Shown piece after piece: positions 1-12,912 of a stretch of DNA of 64,000 nt (positions are counted from its first letter, which is position 1; each line of letters starts with the position of its first letter). The translations under genes and the position numbers were made by a program. The notes beneath the pieces were generated by a model, which made no database searches, was not told the origin of the DNA, and saw only the letters and a list, made by a program, of their open reading frames with translations. This DNA is from Mytilus trossulus. Its lineage: Eukaryota. The stretch spans positions 46,252,001 to 46,316,000 of the forward strand of contig NC_086381.1 of NCBI RefSeq assembly GCF_036588685.1, read 5' to 3'.

Positions 1-96
1 AAAAGAATAAAGGAAAATAAGCAAAAGTACAAAAGTATTATTAATAAAGAACAAGGTCCAAAAATGAATGAATACAGAAACAAAAGAACTTCCCAT
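1..96 (-). CDS. Probable first coding segment of an unidentified gene running off the left edge (hydrophobic signal-peptide/TM-like N-terminus)
   Basis: Acceptor ttcttaacAG|GT gives an exon start at 130. ATG at 96 opens a frame that stays open to base 1: MGSSFVSVFIHFWTLFFINNTFVLLLIFLYSF. No homology recognised. Confidence 0.4.
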   Translation of the reverse strand, partial: MGSSFVSVFIHFWTLFFINNTFVLLLIFLYSF

Positions 97-296
97 CCAA
101 ACCCTCGTTTATATCCTGGTCAGAAAATACCTGTTAAGAATACATGTAAATAATTACATTGCCTAATCTTACGTTCTCAATTAATTGTAATAGCAGAGTA
201 AACTGAAATCTTTTAGAAAAAGTTCTAAAATTGTTCAATACTTGTGGTTGCTTGTAAAAGCTCATCTGAATCACTTACGGTTTCCAGACCAAAATC

Positions 297-522
297 AAAT
301 AAAATTGAGAATGGAAATGGGGAATGTGTCAAAGAGACAACAACCCAACCATAGAAAAAAACAACAGCAGAAGTTCACCAACAGGTCTTCAATGTAGCGA
401 GAATTCCCACACCCGGAGGCGTCCTTCAGCTGGCCCCTAAAAAAATAAATACTTAGGTTCAGTGATAATGAACGCCATACTTATTTCCAAATTGTACACA
501 AGAAACTAAAATTAAAATGATA
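297..522 (+). repeat. High-copy interspersed repeat family A (SINE-like); other copies ~6788-7080, ~14870-14950, ~15745-15917, ~51670-51836 (reverse)
   Basis: Shared AATTGAGAATGGAAATGGGGAATGTGTCAAAGAGAC...CAGCTGGCCCC...AGTTCAGTGATAATG sequence. Confidence 0.75.
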
Positions 523-2687
523 AAATCAAACACTATCTACAGATAATAAGTTTTGATATAAATTGAAATTGTTTAATATTCCTTACACCTGTACACTCTA
601 ATCTTGAAAATTTATGCAGCACAAAATAGGCTCAAGAATGCATAGCACACATTAAACAAACACAGCATATCTGTTATGTACAAACAGAAGCTTAAATGTA
701 AATATCATCAATATTAAATGTTTCGTTTACATGGTATAATTTATGAAGTCAACTTAGCATATATGGCTTATGAACATGGTAATTAAATTTCAATTTTTGA
801 GGAGGAAAAACCTGTTTTCTTTGGTTTACTGTGAGTATTAAATTAAGCTGCTCACTAAGAAGTTTAAAATTATTAAAAAGTTATTACCAGTATACTTTAA
901 TGTTAATTATCATACTATCCAGAAATGCCAAAAATCTCCTTAATTTCTTAAAGTCATTTTGTGTCACTTCATACTTGCAGATGCTGTTTTATTTAATTTA
1001 CGATTATATAAACAATTCTGGTTTTGGTTTTATGAAAGCAAGGCCACCTGTTTAGATACTAAAAGGAAAATGAACTGACAAGAAAATGACAAAAAGATAA
1101 AACTATAAAAGGACAAGCTATAGCATACAAAACAAAATTTAGGTGGGGGGTGATCCTGTATGCTGATGAGGGAATTCGAAGGTAACAGCATATCCTGCTC
1201 CATTTATAATTTGCCCAATACATATCAACAAAAAAATAGCAGTTAAGACAAAAAGTTGCACTTGAACAATTTTGAATTTGATAACCAATATTAGATATAT
1301 GAGAACTTTTAACAAATTAATTGTTTATAATAGATGTATGAAGATGTTGTATGAGTGCCAATGAGACAACTTTCCATCCTTGTCAGAATTTATAAAACAT
1401 GTAAAAGTTAACCATTATAGGTCAAGGTGCAGTCTTCAACAAAGAGCCTTGGCTCATACCAAACAGCCCCTAAAGGGCCCCAACAAATTCTAGTGTAAAA
1501 CCATTCAAACAGGAAAACCAATTTAATTGTCTAATCTATATATAAAAACAAGAAAAAAACCACTTATGAACGCAATCAACAAAGGTAGTAGTTTCTTTAT
1601 GGTCATTCTTTTTTCATTTTGTAACTTTAATATAGAGGCGATTGACCTTTTTTAAACTGTGACAACCAGCATTTTTTTATTTGTCCTCTATGAACTGTTT
1701 ATCTCACCTACCTACATCCAAGGGTTTATTCTTTAAGTGTCCAATATATCTAATATTTCCTACATGTAGGTACTTAAAATTTTTCTAGTGTCACTCTAAA
1801 TTTGACAATAAGTAAAATGAAAAAACATCAAAAATAATCTCAATAATTTGAAATTGAACCTAATCTTTTAAGAGACGATGTTTAAATAATCTAGGGTTTG
1901 ATGTCACCTTAATTGCTGACAAAAAGTCAAATAAATTTAACTTAACACTTTCTCAAATAACTTCTTATTCATATTCATAGTCTTTGTTTTTTAGTAGACA
2001 TCCTTGAATACAATGTATAAAGTTTAAAAACACTTGAATGTTAATATTTATGCCCTTTTTTACATTTACTTTCGTGGGTACCAATTTTCATGGATTGAGG
2101 AAAACTTGGACATCCCAATTAGGGACCTCCCAGGATATTTAATTTTGTGATTTTGGAAAAGTCTACATATATTCCTTAAACTTTATGTGTAAATTGTTGA
2201 ACATTTTAGTTCATGGTTCTCCTGAACCTATGAAATCCTTGAAAATTGGTATCCTACAAATATCTTTGAATCCCAACATTACAATATAATATAGGAAGGT
2301 AAAACAAATGTTCGTCCTGATATAGATAGGTTACGTCTCTGTAAAAGTTCATTCACCTCAAACTAAAGTGAAGTCAAATTATAGTGTTATAAACATTATT
2401 AAGTAATCCTATAGTCTATAAAAGCTAGTAAACATTCTAAAATAAAACTTTATAAAGTTTGACTGGTCCTTGAACTATGAAAAACAAATATTTCAAAATT
2501 TGTAACAATAAAAAATTACGACAACAAAAATTTTCTCTAAAAAATATACTGGCGTGGGTCATTGAACCAAGGATGCAAAAAATTATTCGTCCTTGATTGA
2601 AACACAAAAAATTATATTAACTTTTTAGGAGTACAGTTTGAAAGAGAATCACTGTCACAGACTCCAGGCATCAATAATTATTGTCGA

Positions 2688-2784
2688 CAGGGGCGGATCC
2701 AGCCATTTTAAAAAAGGGGTTTCTAACCCAGGACAAAGGGGGGGTCCAACCCCCGCCCAGAACCCCCCTTCTGGATCCGCGCCT
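2688..2784. mobile_element. Short TIR MITE (CAGGGGCGGATCC termini); copies at ~32234-32360 and ~36690-36834
   Basis: Terminal inverted repeats and 5-bp flanking duplications (gtcga/gtcta, atgtg/atgtg, caaca/cagca). Confidence 0.7.
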
Positions 2785-3577
2785 GGTCTAGCTAGGAAAT
2801 TGTCTTTTCTAAGCTCTGATGGACCATCAAAGGTTTTTAATAAATAATTCAAACAGATCTTGATCTTTGCTTAAAAGGGCAAAATTGATATGTACCGAAT
2901 CTGATGTTCAGGTCAGTCCAAACAGGGGGAGTTAGTAAATCCCTTAAGTATGAGGTCAACTCCTTACGGGAAGAAGAAGAAACACAGTCTTTGATATGAG
3001 TGTTTGAGCATAAGTATTGCAATAAGAATATATCAAATATAAATACATGTATGACTGTATTTAGCTTTTCCTAAAATCACAATAAATATACTCCCATTTG
3101 TGTTCATTTTTCAAAATATGCAATAATAAATGCAAACATTTTTTTACCAATTTACAGTATTAATCATAACATGCATAGATTAGACCGTTGGTTTTCCCTT
3201 TTGAATGGTTTTACTCTAGTAATTTTGGGGCCCTTTATAGCTTGTTGTTCGGTGTGAGCCAAGGCTCTGTGTTGAAGGCCGTATTTTAACCTATAATGGT
3301 TTACTTTTTAAATTGTTATCTGGATGGAGAGTTGTCTCATCGGCACTCACACCACATCTTCCTATATCTAATAACTTACTTGTGAGGCAAAAAGTTTTCA
3401 ATTTTTTTTTTCAATTTTCAAAATATGCAATAATAAATGCATACATTTTTTTTTACCAATTTACAGTATTGATAATAACATGTATAACTTACAAGGTAAA
3501 ATGTTTTCAAACTTTTTTTTTCTTAAATTATACAAACCAAAAAAAAGGAAAAGCGGTAAAATGAAAATCTATGTTAC

Positions 3578-3748
3578 CTTGATTTAATTGCAAATTGTTA
3601 TACAGGTAATCTCCGTATCAATCGGATGAATTACATGCATGTGATGTCTGCTTTTCCATGTGCTGTCCTAAACTCCTAAACTCTCCGTGTGATGGCGATA
3701 GTTAGTCATGTCCCTGAATAATTACCGAATTGTCCTCCACTTAAACTT
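3578..3748 (-). other. Putative non-coding 5' UTR exon of the left-edge gene
   Basis: 171-nt, relatively GC/CpG-richer island bounded by caatttcAG| and AAG|GTAAC on the minus strand. All three frames contain stops. Confidence 0.4.
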
Positions 3749-4783
3749 CTGAAATTGTGTGTGTAAATATATTTAAACAGTGAGACAGAAAATGACATAA
3801 TAATACTAAGTTATCAATAGTACTATTTTATGTTGTAACCACTCACCCTGAAAGACTACGGTATATGATTTAAATGGACTATAGTGAGAAAAAGAGAGGG
3901 ATTTGAATATCTGGTTTCTGAGACTATAAACTGTAATATACATTATTTATGGAATGCAGAAAACAACACTAAATTATTCATCAGTAATATGAAATTAAAA
4001 TATTATATTTCTCACTTTTGGCCTTACTTTATTTAAGAAACGTAATACAATATAAACCAATAAGCTTAAAGAATACATATATTATAATTTTAGCCTTAGA
4101 ACAGTATGAGGTCAATACAAGGTTAAATTGACCTAAGAGAAGCATATTGATTGAGGACTAAGCCTGAGGTCAATATGCTTCTTTAAGTTGATAAAACATC
4201 ATATTGACATCAACAACAGGCTGTTATTATTATGTAATTTAAATCAACAAGTATTGCATGAACATTATTAAATTAGGGATTTATAGAAGCATATTGATTG
4301 AGGACAAAGTTGGAAGTAAATATACTTCTCTAAGGTTATTAAATTAACATCATATTGACCTCAACAACAGGCTTTTGTTGTTATATAATTAATCAACAAC
4401 TGTTGCATGAACATTGGTAAATAGCAGATTTCTAGAATTTATTTCTAGTAACATGCTGTGTGTGTTGTGGAATATGCTGTTTTTGACCTCCAAAAATCTG
4501 AACACAACCTTGAACAGTATTGGCCATGTTGGAGTGAAAACTGAGTTAATACAATGTACAAATGTACATGTGATCAAATTTTAAAGAATTACAAATCCTT
4601 AAAAATATTTAATTAAATAATATTTTCTATTTCTCTCTTTTAACCGGGAGTTGTGTAAGAAATGTCACAAATATAGGAAGATGTGGTATGAATGCCAATG
4701 AGACAACTCTCTGGAGTCTTGGCTCACACCAAACAGTAAGCTATAAAGGACCCCATACTCTAACATATAGTACATTTGTTTAT

Positions 4784-5167
4784 AGTATAACTAATCGCCG
4801 TATTTGAATATCAAAAATAAGACAACGCATGACCGAACGACGCATGGATTAAATGAGTGCGCAGCACGAGTTTAATCCATAGCGGCGTTCGGTCACAAGT
4901 TGTCTTATTTTTTATATTCAAATACGGCGATTAGTTATACTTTTTATTACATTGTCAAATTGCTTTTATTTATGGAATTAATGTAGAAAATGTAAGGAAC
5001 TATATGGTTTTCCTACGCATGTTTTGTTTCGACGTCATCGACGTCTTGACAACGCCTATTGTTGTATGACGTCAGAGAGTGAAATAACCACGTTTATTTC
5101 ACATGTGAAATTATCGGATTTATCTAACTGGGAAATCAATGTAATTCATTGCAACCAATGTAATAAA
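4784..5167. mobile_element. Foldback/palindromic non-autonomous element
   Basis: Near-perfect hairpin 4784-4941, followed by a second inverted pair TTTATTACATTG (4943-4954) / CAATGTAATAAA (5156-5167). Confidence 0.7.
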
Positions 5168-8100
5168 TATATATAAAGGGTATATGTAAATGAGACTCAG
5201 AGTGTAAATCCAATTTCTTCTAATTTTGACACTTAAAATGGATATAAAGGTTGGGTAACATTTACTTCTTGACATTTTGCTTCGTATTACGGTGCAAAGC
5301 TAAGATTAGTTTCATTTGATATTCATGCCATCTTGAAATTGTTACAGTAAATATCACAGTTCTGATTTAATTGTTGCCTAATATGAATTGATGTGGCTAT
5401 GCTTCTTTGGAGTTAAATAAGATATAGCATTGGGAACAGACCCTGGAAAGTAGAAGATATTAAATATGGAGGATAGCATGGTTAAAGTATATGATTGCAA
5501 TTTAAGATATCAAATTCTCATCAATAATTAATGCACCATGCTGACGTAAGCTATTAGACTGAGATATCGATGCACTCTGTACCTTTAAAGAAAGGTTAAA
5601 CATGTATCCAAATTAATTTTGTTAAATCAGAAACATGCTGAAAGAAATTTCACTTTAGTAGATAAGATAGATAAGATAATTTTTATTAACCAATCATGGT
5701 GCCCAAAATTTGAGCTATACAATCAAATGAATGAATTACAAAATAAAGCACAGAAAATGATAAGAATGATTAAAGTACATTTAGACAACAAAAAAACAAA
5801 AAAAAACACAAGAATACACATTTACACTAATTAACCTGATATAAACCAAGTTATTGACAAAACATAGTTGTTATGGGTGCCACTGTGACCTGGAGAAATT
5901 ACATAATTCCTCCTATAGTACTAGGTCTATGGGAGACAACTCCTGGTCAATTTTATTTCCTATATATAATATTTTCTATAATTTTCTTTCGTTCTTCAAA
6001 AAGGGAGTGCAATAAATTAGATAAGTTTGAAGTTACAAACAAATCTTCAGATGAAAGAATCCAAACAAAATTCATTTCATCAGATAGATTGTATGTTATC
6101 TGTAACAAAATGATATTATGACAAAAGAAGTGTGTACTAAGTTGTGGATTCAGGGCCATAGAGGATAAAACAGTCTATGTATTTTGCTTCAAATCATAAA
6201 AAAAAACAACACTTTGCCTCCCAACGTTCAGAGGTATTTTTACTATTTTGGACAATAACACCCTCCTTCCCTTTCTCATATCCTCCCCAGCTTCTGTTCA
6301 GTAAAGTATTCAGGTGGATGACATAGTAGTTAATGGGACTCTATTTCACGAGGTTCTGTGAAATATGCAACAGATAATAAATACTGGAACATACTATCCG
6401 CACAACACAGATAAATTTTCACTCCTCTGGAAAAATCTACCTGTGAAATAACATGTCTGGAAAAAAATTACTGGGACAAAGTATCCCCAGGATAGAATTT
6501 CACAGAGGAAGAAATAAACTGATACACATGCATACATTTGTATAAATAATCATTGGAAGCTAGTTGCTAGTATCTAGATAAATCATCATGAATCCAAAAT
6601 GACTAGTAATTACCATGATTACAAATTAAGATTTTAATGCTGTGCCTTCCAGAAAAAAAAACCAGAAAACAACTACAGTAACCATGGTAACTGTATATTC
6701 ATTATTATTCCTTCGATATCGATTTATGTGGATTTCATGCATGGATACCTGGGAACCATAAATTCTTATGTGCAATTTTCATTAAGAATAAAATTAAGAA
6801 TGGAAATGGGGAACGTGTCAAAGAGATAACAACCCCACTATAAAGCAGACAACAACAGAAGGTCACCAACAGGTCTTCAATGCAGCGAGAAATTCCTGCA
6901 CCTAGAGGCGTCTTTCAGCTAGACCCTTAACAAATATATATACTAGTTCAGTGATAATGAATGCCATACCAAACTCCAAATTGTACACAAGAAACTAAAA
7001 TTAAAAATAATACAAGACTAACACAGGCCAGAGGCTCCTGAATTGGGACAGGGGCAAAAATGCGGCGGTGTTAAACATGTTGCAGACATTGGCAAAACCA
7101 CGAAACCAAATTAATATCCATGAAATTGCAATTGTTCCTGAATCCATGAAAACTGGTACCCATGAAAATAAATGAATCCACAGTATTTTGAGTGAATAAT
7201 GAATTGGCTTGAACATGCTTTATGTTATTTCTAATACAAAAAAAGGATCTCTTGAATAAATAATTGCTCTTTTAAAATGGTATTCCATTCACACTGGAAA
7301 GCTATAAAGCTATATATATGTTACAGTAAATAGGTGAAATTAGGAATTACATGTAAACCCTGATGCACTTAGAAAATACAAGTAATTCCTGAAATGGCCC
7401 AGTTATTACCATGATTACCAGTAATTACTAATTTTAAAATGATTTTTTACTCCTATTTACTAACTAATAAAACAATGCTGTAATATGGTCAGCTGATCAA
7501 AAGTCAGGGTAATACTTATATTAAACTATAGAAGATCTGTGAGTGAGCACTCTTAAAAAGTGATTAGACTAAAATGTACCTTTTTGTTATATGATCATTA
7601 GCTACAAGATATATAAAAAATCATTTGTTTTTGTTAAATCATTAATGAAAATGATATAGTGAAATTATAATTCACTTTTAGCAGTCAATCTGGATCTATT
7701 TTACTAAAATAAGCTGAGAAACTGAGTTGTACATGTTGTATGTGTATTTTCAAATTCAGTCAGTCAGTATACTAATTTTATTCTTTCTAAATATGTGCAC
7801 TTTCATTTGATTTATAATTTTTTTTCAAGTTTCATCTTATTTGCATTTTTTTAATGTATTTTCAACTGATAAATACAAATTCAAAAATTAATTGTCTCTT
7901 CACTTAGTTCCCAAAATCCGCAAATTATTAATAATTTCTAAGTTTTTTTTCACATTTTATTCTTGATCTGAAGACATTTTTTTCACCAGATGCAGGAATA
8001 TCTAGCCTATGAATGTCAATTTGGCTACTTGTCCAAATTTTAGTGTTCATGCAGACAATACCTGGCTGTCTGTCTCTGGAAATGATCTAAGTAAAGTTCT

Positions 8101-8410
8101 GCACAGTCTCAAGAATTCTCAAGTTCCAAATAAAAAGTAAAATATTATAGATTTTTATTTTTAACAAATGACAAACACATGTAACTCCAGAGTAGATTTT
8201 AAGAATAAAAAGTAAACATTAACTCATGAATTGAAAGTATCTATAATAACACATTAATGTTACTTTTCTCTAAATAACTTATTAAAGTTATATACATGTA
8301 CCCTTGATTGATATCTACCTTTTTTAGGGGGATATCAATATCCCATTTCCCATTAAGCTTTTGTTCAAATATCCCGTATCTCTGCTAAAACTATTCTGAA
8401 ATATCAGTAT

Positions 8411-8580
8411 GAGGGAGGGAAGGAGGGGTCCTGATCCTGAAATTCTGAGCTTAAAAAACACAAAATCCTGAGGTCCGGAAATTCGAAAAAAGAATTCCCT
8501 GATCCCAAAAGGTTCAATCCCCAAATCCTGAGCTTAAAAACACCCGATCCCAGAGTCCCGATAAAGGTCCTATCCCCCTC
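8411..8580. mobile_element. MITE (GAGGG...CCCTC); related copy ~58165-58342
   Basis: Flanked by a cagtat direct repeat. The second copy is flanked by atcttcaaa and shares the internal GATCCCGAAATCC-type repeats. Confidence 0.65.
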
Positions 8581-9024
8581 CAGTATATGTATACATGGTA
8601 TATTTTATAAATGTATAATGCATACTGTAAATTTTCAACAATATATCTTTTTTTGATAGATTTTTTAGATTTCTTTATATATAAATTTGACTTTCGTGTT
8701 TGAATAAAGATTATTTTTTAAGATAAATCCTTTAAAACGCTTAACCACTAAACATTTAGTATCGTTTTGTCTAAAATTTTCATATTTTATTCGATCAATA
8801 CTTATGCAACTGGTGAGTCGAAATTCCCTCAACAAGGCAGAATAATGTCATGTTAAAACAACATAAAATTCCTTATTTAGAACGATTATACCTCTCTAAT
8901 AATGCAGAAGTTTAATTATTCCTATCGTATGCTCAAATAAACAAAAGGTCGGTTTACGATGAGATAAAAACTGCATCCCGGCACACACATGGTTGTACTG
9001 AAAACACAACGCTTTAAAACTTAC

Positions 9025-9235
9025 TCTAAATGTTGATTTTCATTCTTTTGAACTTCATAATATTAATGTTATAGTAGGACAACAACACTTTGATGAAGAA
9101 GTCCGCTTATTTACTCTGCAACCGTAGCTGCACCAGTCAATAAATTTTACACACAATATTTACAAAACGAATTTGGTGGAGCTCGTATACCCAAATCAGT
9201 TTTTCTGTGTGAAGTGTATTTTTTTGTTCAGTGAT
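9025..9235. promoter_or_regulatory. Candidate bidirectional promoter / divergent first exons (left-edge gene vs renalase-like gene)
   Basis: Minus-strand donor AGA|GTAAGT at 9024 and plus-strand donor GAT|GTAAGG at 9236 face away from each other across a short CpG-containing unique region. Confidence 0.3.
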
Positions 9236-10063
9236 GTAAGGATTTATTTAAATGTAAAATAAAAACTCTAAAAAACCTATCTCACCATTAATTAAAATGT
9301 TGATTTTAAAGGCTTCAAACGGGTGTGAATGGTCAAAACATTAATTTTTTTACCATCAATCTCAAAACATTATCTCCTTCAATACATCATTTGGCAAGAA
9401 TTTTTACTGTTATTTTTCATGAAGGTACCCGCATAACCACCCTCAGTCATTAATGCTGCATTTGGACAATGCATTATTGACAAATATTTCCTGAGACCAG
9501 TCCCAGTTTTGATTTTCTCGGTTTTTTTTTATATATTAGATCGTTGTTTTTCCCATTTGAATGGTTTTATACACATTTTGGTGGCCATTTAAAGCTTGCT
9601 GTTCGTTGTTAGCCAAGGCTCTGTGTTGGAGAAAACAGGGACGAAAGATACCATAGAGAAATCTCATAATTTAAAAAAAAAACTTACAACGCCATGGCTA
9701 AAAACAAAAAAGACAAACAATAGTACACATGACACAACATAGAAAACTAAAGAATACGCAACATGAACCCCACCAAAACTGGGGGTGATCTCAGGTGCGG
9801 CGGAAGGGTTGACTGTACTTAGACCTATATATATATATTGTTTTTTTTACTTTTGCAAATTGTTACTTGGATTAGAGAGTTTTCTCATTGGCATATTGAT
9901 AATAACTCTTTCAAACTTCTAAAACAAGTTATGAGTATGTGTATATGATTAAAATAAAAGAAACATTTTGAAATTCCAGATAGATATTTTCCAGTTTGAA
10001 GACAGCTGATCAAGGATATGTATATGCATATGAAGAAACCAAAAGAAGCTAATTGAAGACAAC

Positions 10064-12865
10064 ATGGAGAGATCTGTAGCAATAATTGGTGGAGGTATTT
10101 CTGGGCTGGTTTGTGCTGCTAGACTTAAGCAACTTAATATGAACAACGTTACAGTTTTTGATACAGGTATTCATAAAAATTAAATAAAGAATATTGTTAT
10201 CTCCCTTGAAAAAAATGTAATATGATAACTGTGTGAGATTTATAAAATAAATGTTTATATTTTACAACTATATAATTATTTCTTTTAACTAAAATATAAC
10301 CTTAAAAGTCAAACTAAACAAAACGCCTACATGATTTTTAAAACTGTACAGTGTAAAATATATACATAATGAAATCTAAAGAAAAAAAAATTCAAAAGTG
10401 AAAATGAAATTAATTCAAATGAAATCAATTTTAAATGATGAGCTTAAGGAGGCTCGCGGGTATAAGATTTTCCGAAAAAAAATAAACTTTAATTTTTCAT
10501 TTCAAATTTTATTCCCTTCCTTAAGTAGTTGTTACTTTATCATATGATCCAAAATTCCGAAAAATCAATTCGTGTTGGCCCCAGGTGATTTTCAAAGTGT
10601 TGATATCACTGAAAAAGCTCCAAATTATCTCCCTTTGGTGCAAAAATGCCATTTTTTGGTATTAAAATTAAAATATCTTTGTTAACTCATCGGTGACCTA
10701 TATTTTTTATTGTTGTTTTTCGAATAAGCTGTACATGAACTAAATAATTGTAAAATTTAAGCGATTTCTGTAATTTAGTTCTTTTTTTATTTCGATATTA
10801 CCGATATTTCTCCTATTAGTTCAACAGAAATAAAGGACATTAACAAAAATGTATGCTTCTTTCGAAGGCAGATAGTGAGCGTAAATAAACGGTGACCCCA
10901 TTTCTTTATTTAATTTTTCTATTAAGAATAAGTTAAAGTTCGTTTATAGAAAAATATAGGTATATCCTATATTAAATAAAAAAAATGATTTAGACCCGCG
11001 AGCCCCCTTAAGGTAAAAAAATTCTTAGAAAAGAATCTGATATAAGTAAACTTTTAATTTTCCTAGCCTTTAATTAAGTCATGTAAGTGGTAAGAAGATT
11101 TATTCACTAAAGAAAATTCATTATAGAACTAGAGTTTTTATTGGTGCAGCAATGCCAAGAGAAATAAAAGTTTTATTCTACTGCCTATAAATGTACTTTT
11201 TCCTACTCTATGAAAATAGAAAATTATTTAAGGAGTACTCAATATTTCAAGAGGAATATGATGCTTCACCAATCAAACATTGGTTTATCTAGATATTAGA
11301 AGATGTATGAATATATATACATGCAGTGGAATTATATTGCATAATGAAAAATGATAGAAAATTTACCAACCTTCTTCATGTCATTGAGAACAAAAATGAA
11401 TGAGATACTCAGACATGTAAGAATTGTTTAAAAAAATGTATTTTTTATCATCCATAGGTAAACATGGCCCTGGCGGAAGATGTTCCAGTCGTACAGTCAA
11501 TGTAGATGGAAATTTACATACATTTGACCATTCAGCTCAGTATTTTACTGTCTCAGATCAACGATTTGCTAAAATAGTCTCATTTCTTCATAAACAAGGG
11601 GCTGTGAAAATATGGAATGGTAAAATTGGACACTTAAAAGAAGGGAAGTTTACTCAGGATGACCAGCTGACTCAAGCTTTTATAGGCTCTGATGGAATGG
11701 TGTCTATTCCAAAATGTCTAGCTGGTCTAGTTCAAGTAAAAGGACCAGCATGGATAGCAAACGTTGAATGGGAGTCATCACTTGGAAAATGGAAGGTTGA
11801 CAAATATGGCTACTTTAATTATTTGGTGATTGCTCATAACGGGAAATGTGCAGATAATTTAATGTCAAATGCAGGTGCACCAAACATCCATCGTCTATTA
11901 CAAGTTAGGTTTAGTGATACTTTGAATATGAGAGAAAACAAAATGCAACTGTGTTCAATATGGGCACTACTTGTGGCATTTCCTTCCTCACTTAAACTAC
12001 AATATGTTGCTGCACATGTTGAAGACAGTCAGATCTCCTGGATAGCAAACAACACTTCCAAAATGGAGGTCAGGGCAACTTTAAGTAAATCAGTTGAATG
12101 TTGGACAATTTTTAGTACCAAATCTTTTGCATCTGCCAATAAAGTTCCACAAGAACATATTCCACCAGCAAAAGCCAAAGATATAACTAACACTCTTCTC
12201 TCTGCTTTTAGTAGAGTCACAAAAATTCATAAGCAATTACCTCCCCCTTGTTTTACAAGGGTACAGTTATGGGGTGCAGCTGTTCCCCTGAATGTTCTAC
12301 AGAATAAGGATGAGTGTGTATTTGATGGACAACATAACATAGGAATATGTGGTGACTGGTTAGTTAGTCCTTGCATACAGGGAGCTGCTATTAGTGGATT
12401 GGCTTTGGCAGAAAAGATACAAAATAATTGCTCAGGTAAATTAAGATGTACAATTCAAAATATGTTTCATTTTACAATTTATCAGTACACAAGTACATAA
12501 TATAAAAAAGAAGATGTGGTACTGTTGCCAATGAGACACCTATCCACAAATGACCAAAATGACACAGACATTAACAACTATAGGTCACTGTACGGCCTTT
12601 AACAATGAGCAAAGCCCATACCTCATAGTCAGCTATAAAGATAATAGCCAGTTTTAAGTTGGCATCACTACATTGAATAATAAGTATCTTATTTATTATC
12701 ATGATTATGGAAAACATATTAATAAAAATGTGTATTAAATATAAGTGTATGTAAAATCAAACAAATTTTATTCAGATAAAAAAACCTGTTTGGTTTTTTA
12801 TACGACCGCAAATTTTGAAAAAATTTTCGTCGTATATTGCTATCACGTTGGCGTCGTCGTCGTCG

Positions 12866-12912
<47 letters not shown>

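Noticed and set aside
3578-3659. In-frame TGA read-through (selenoprotein) in MEKQTSHACNSSD*YGDYLYNNLQLNQ
   Set aside because: Splicing to the next exon hits a stop after three codons; no selenoprotein motif or SECIS was recognised.
11424-12500. 358-aa ORF as a complete single-exon, bacterial-like gene
   Set aside because: It lacks the GxGxxG N-terminus, which lies in the exon at 10064-10166. Its first 11 and last ~21 codons are intronic read-through.
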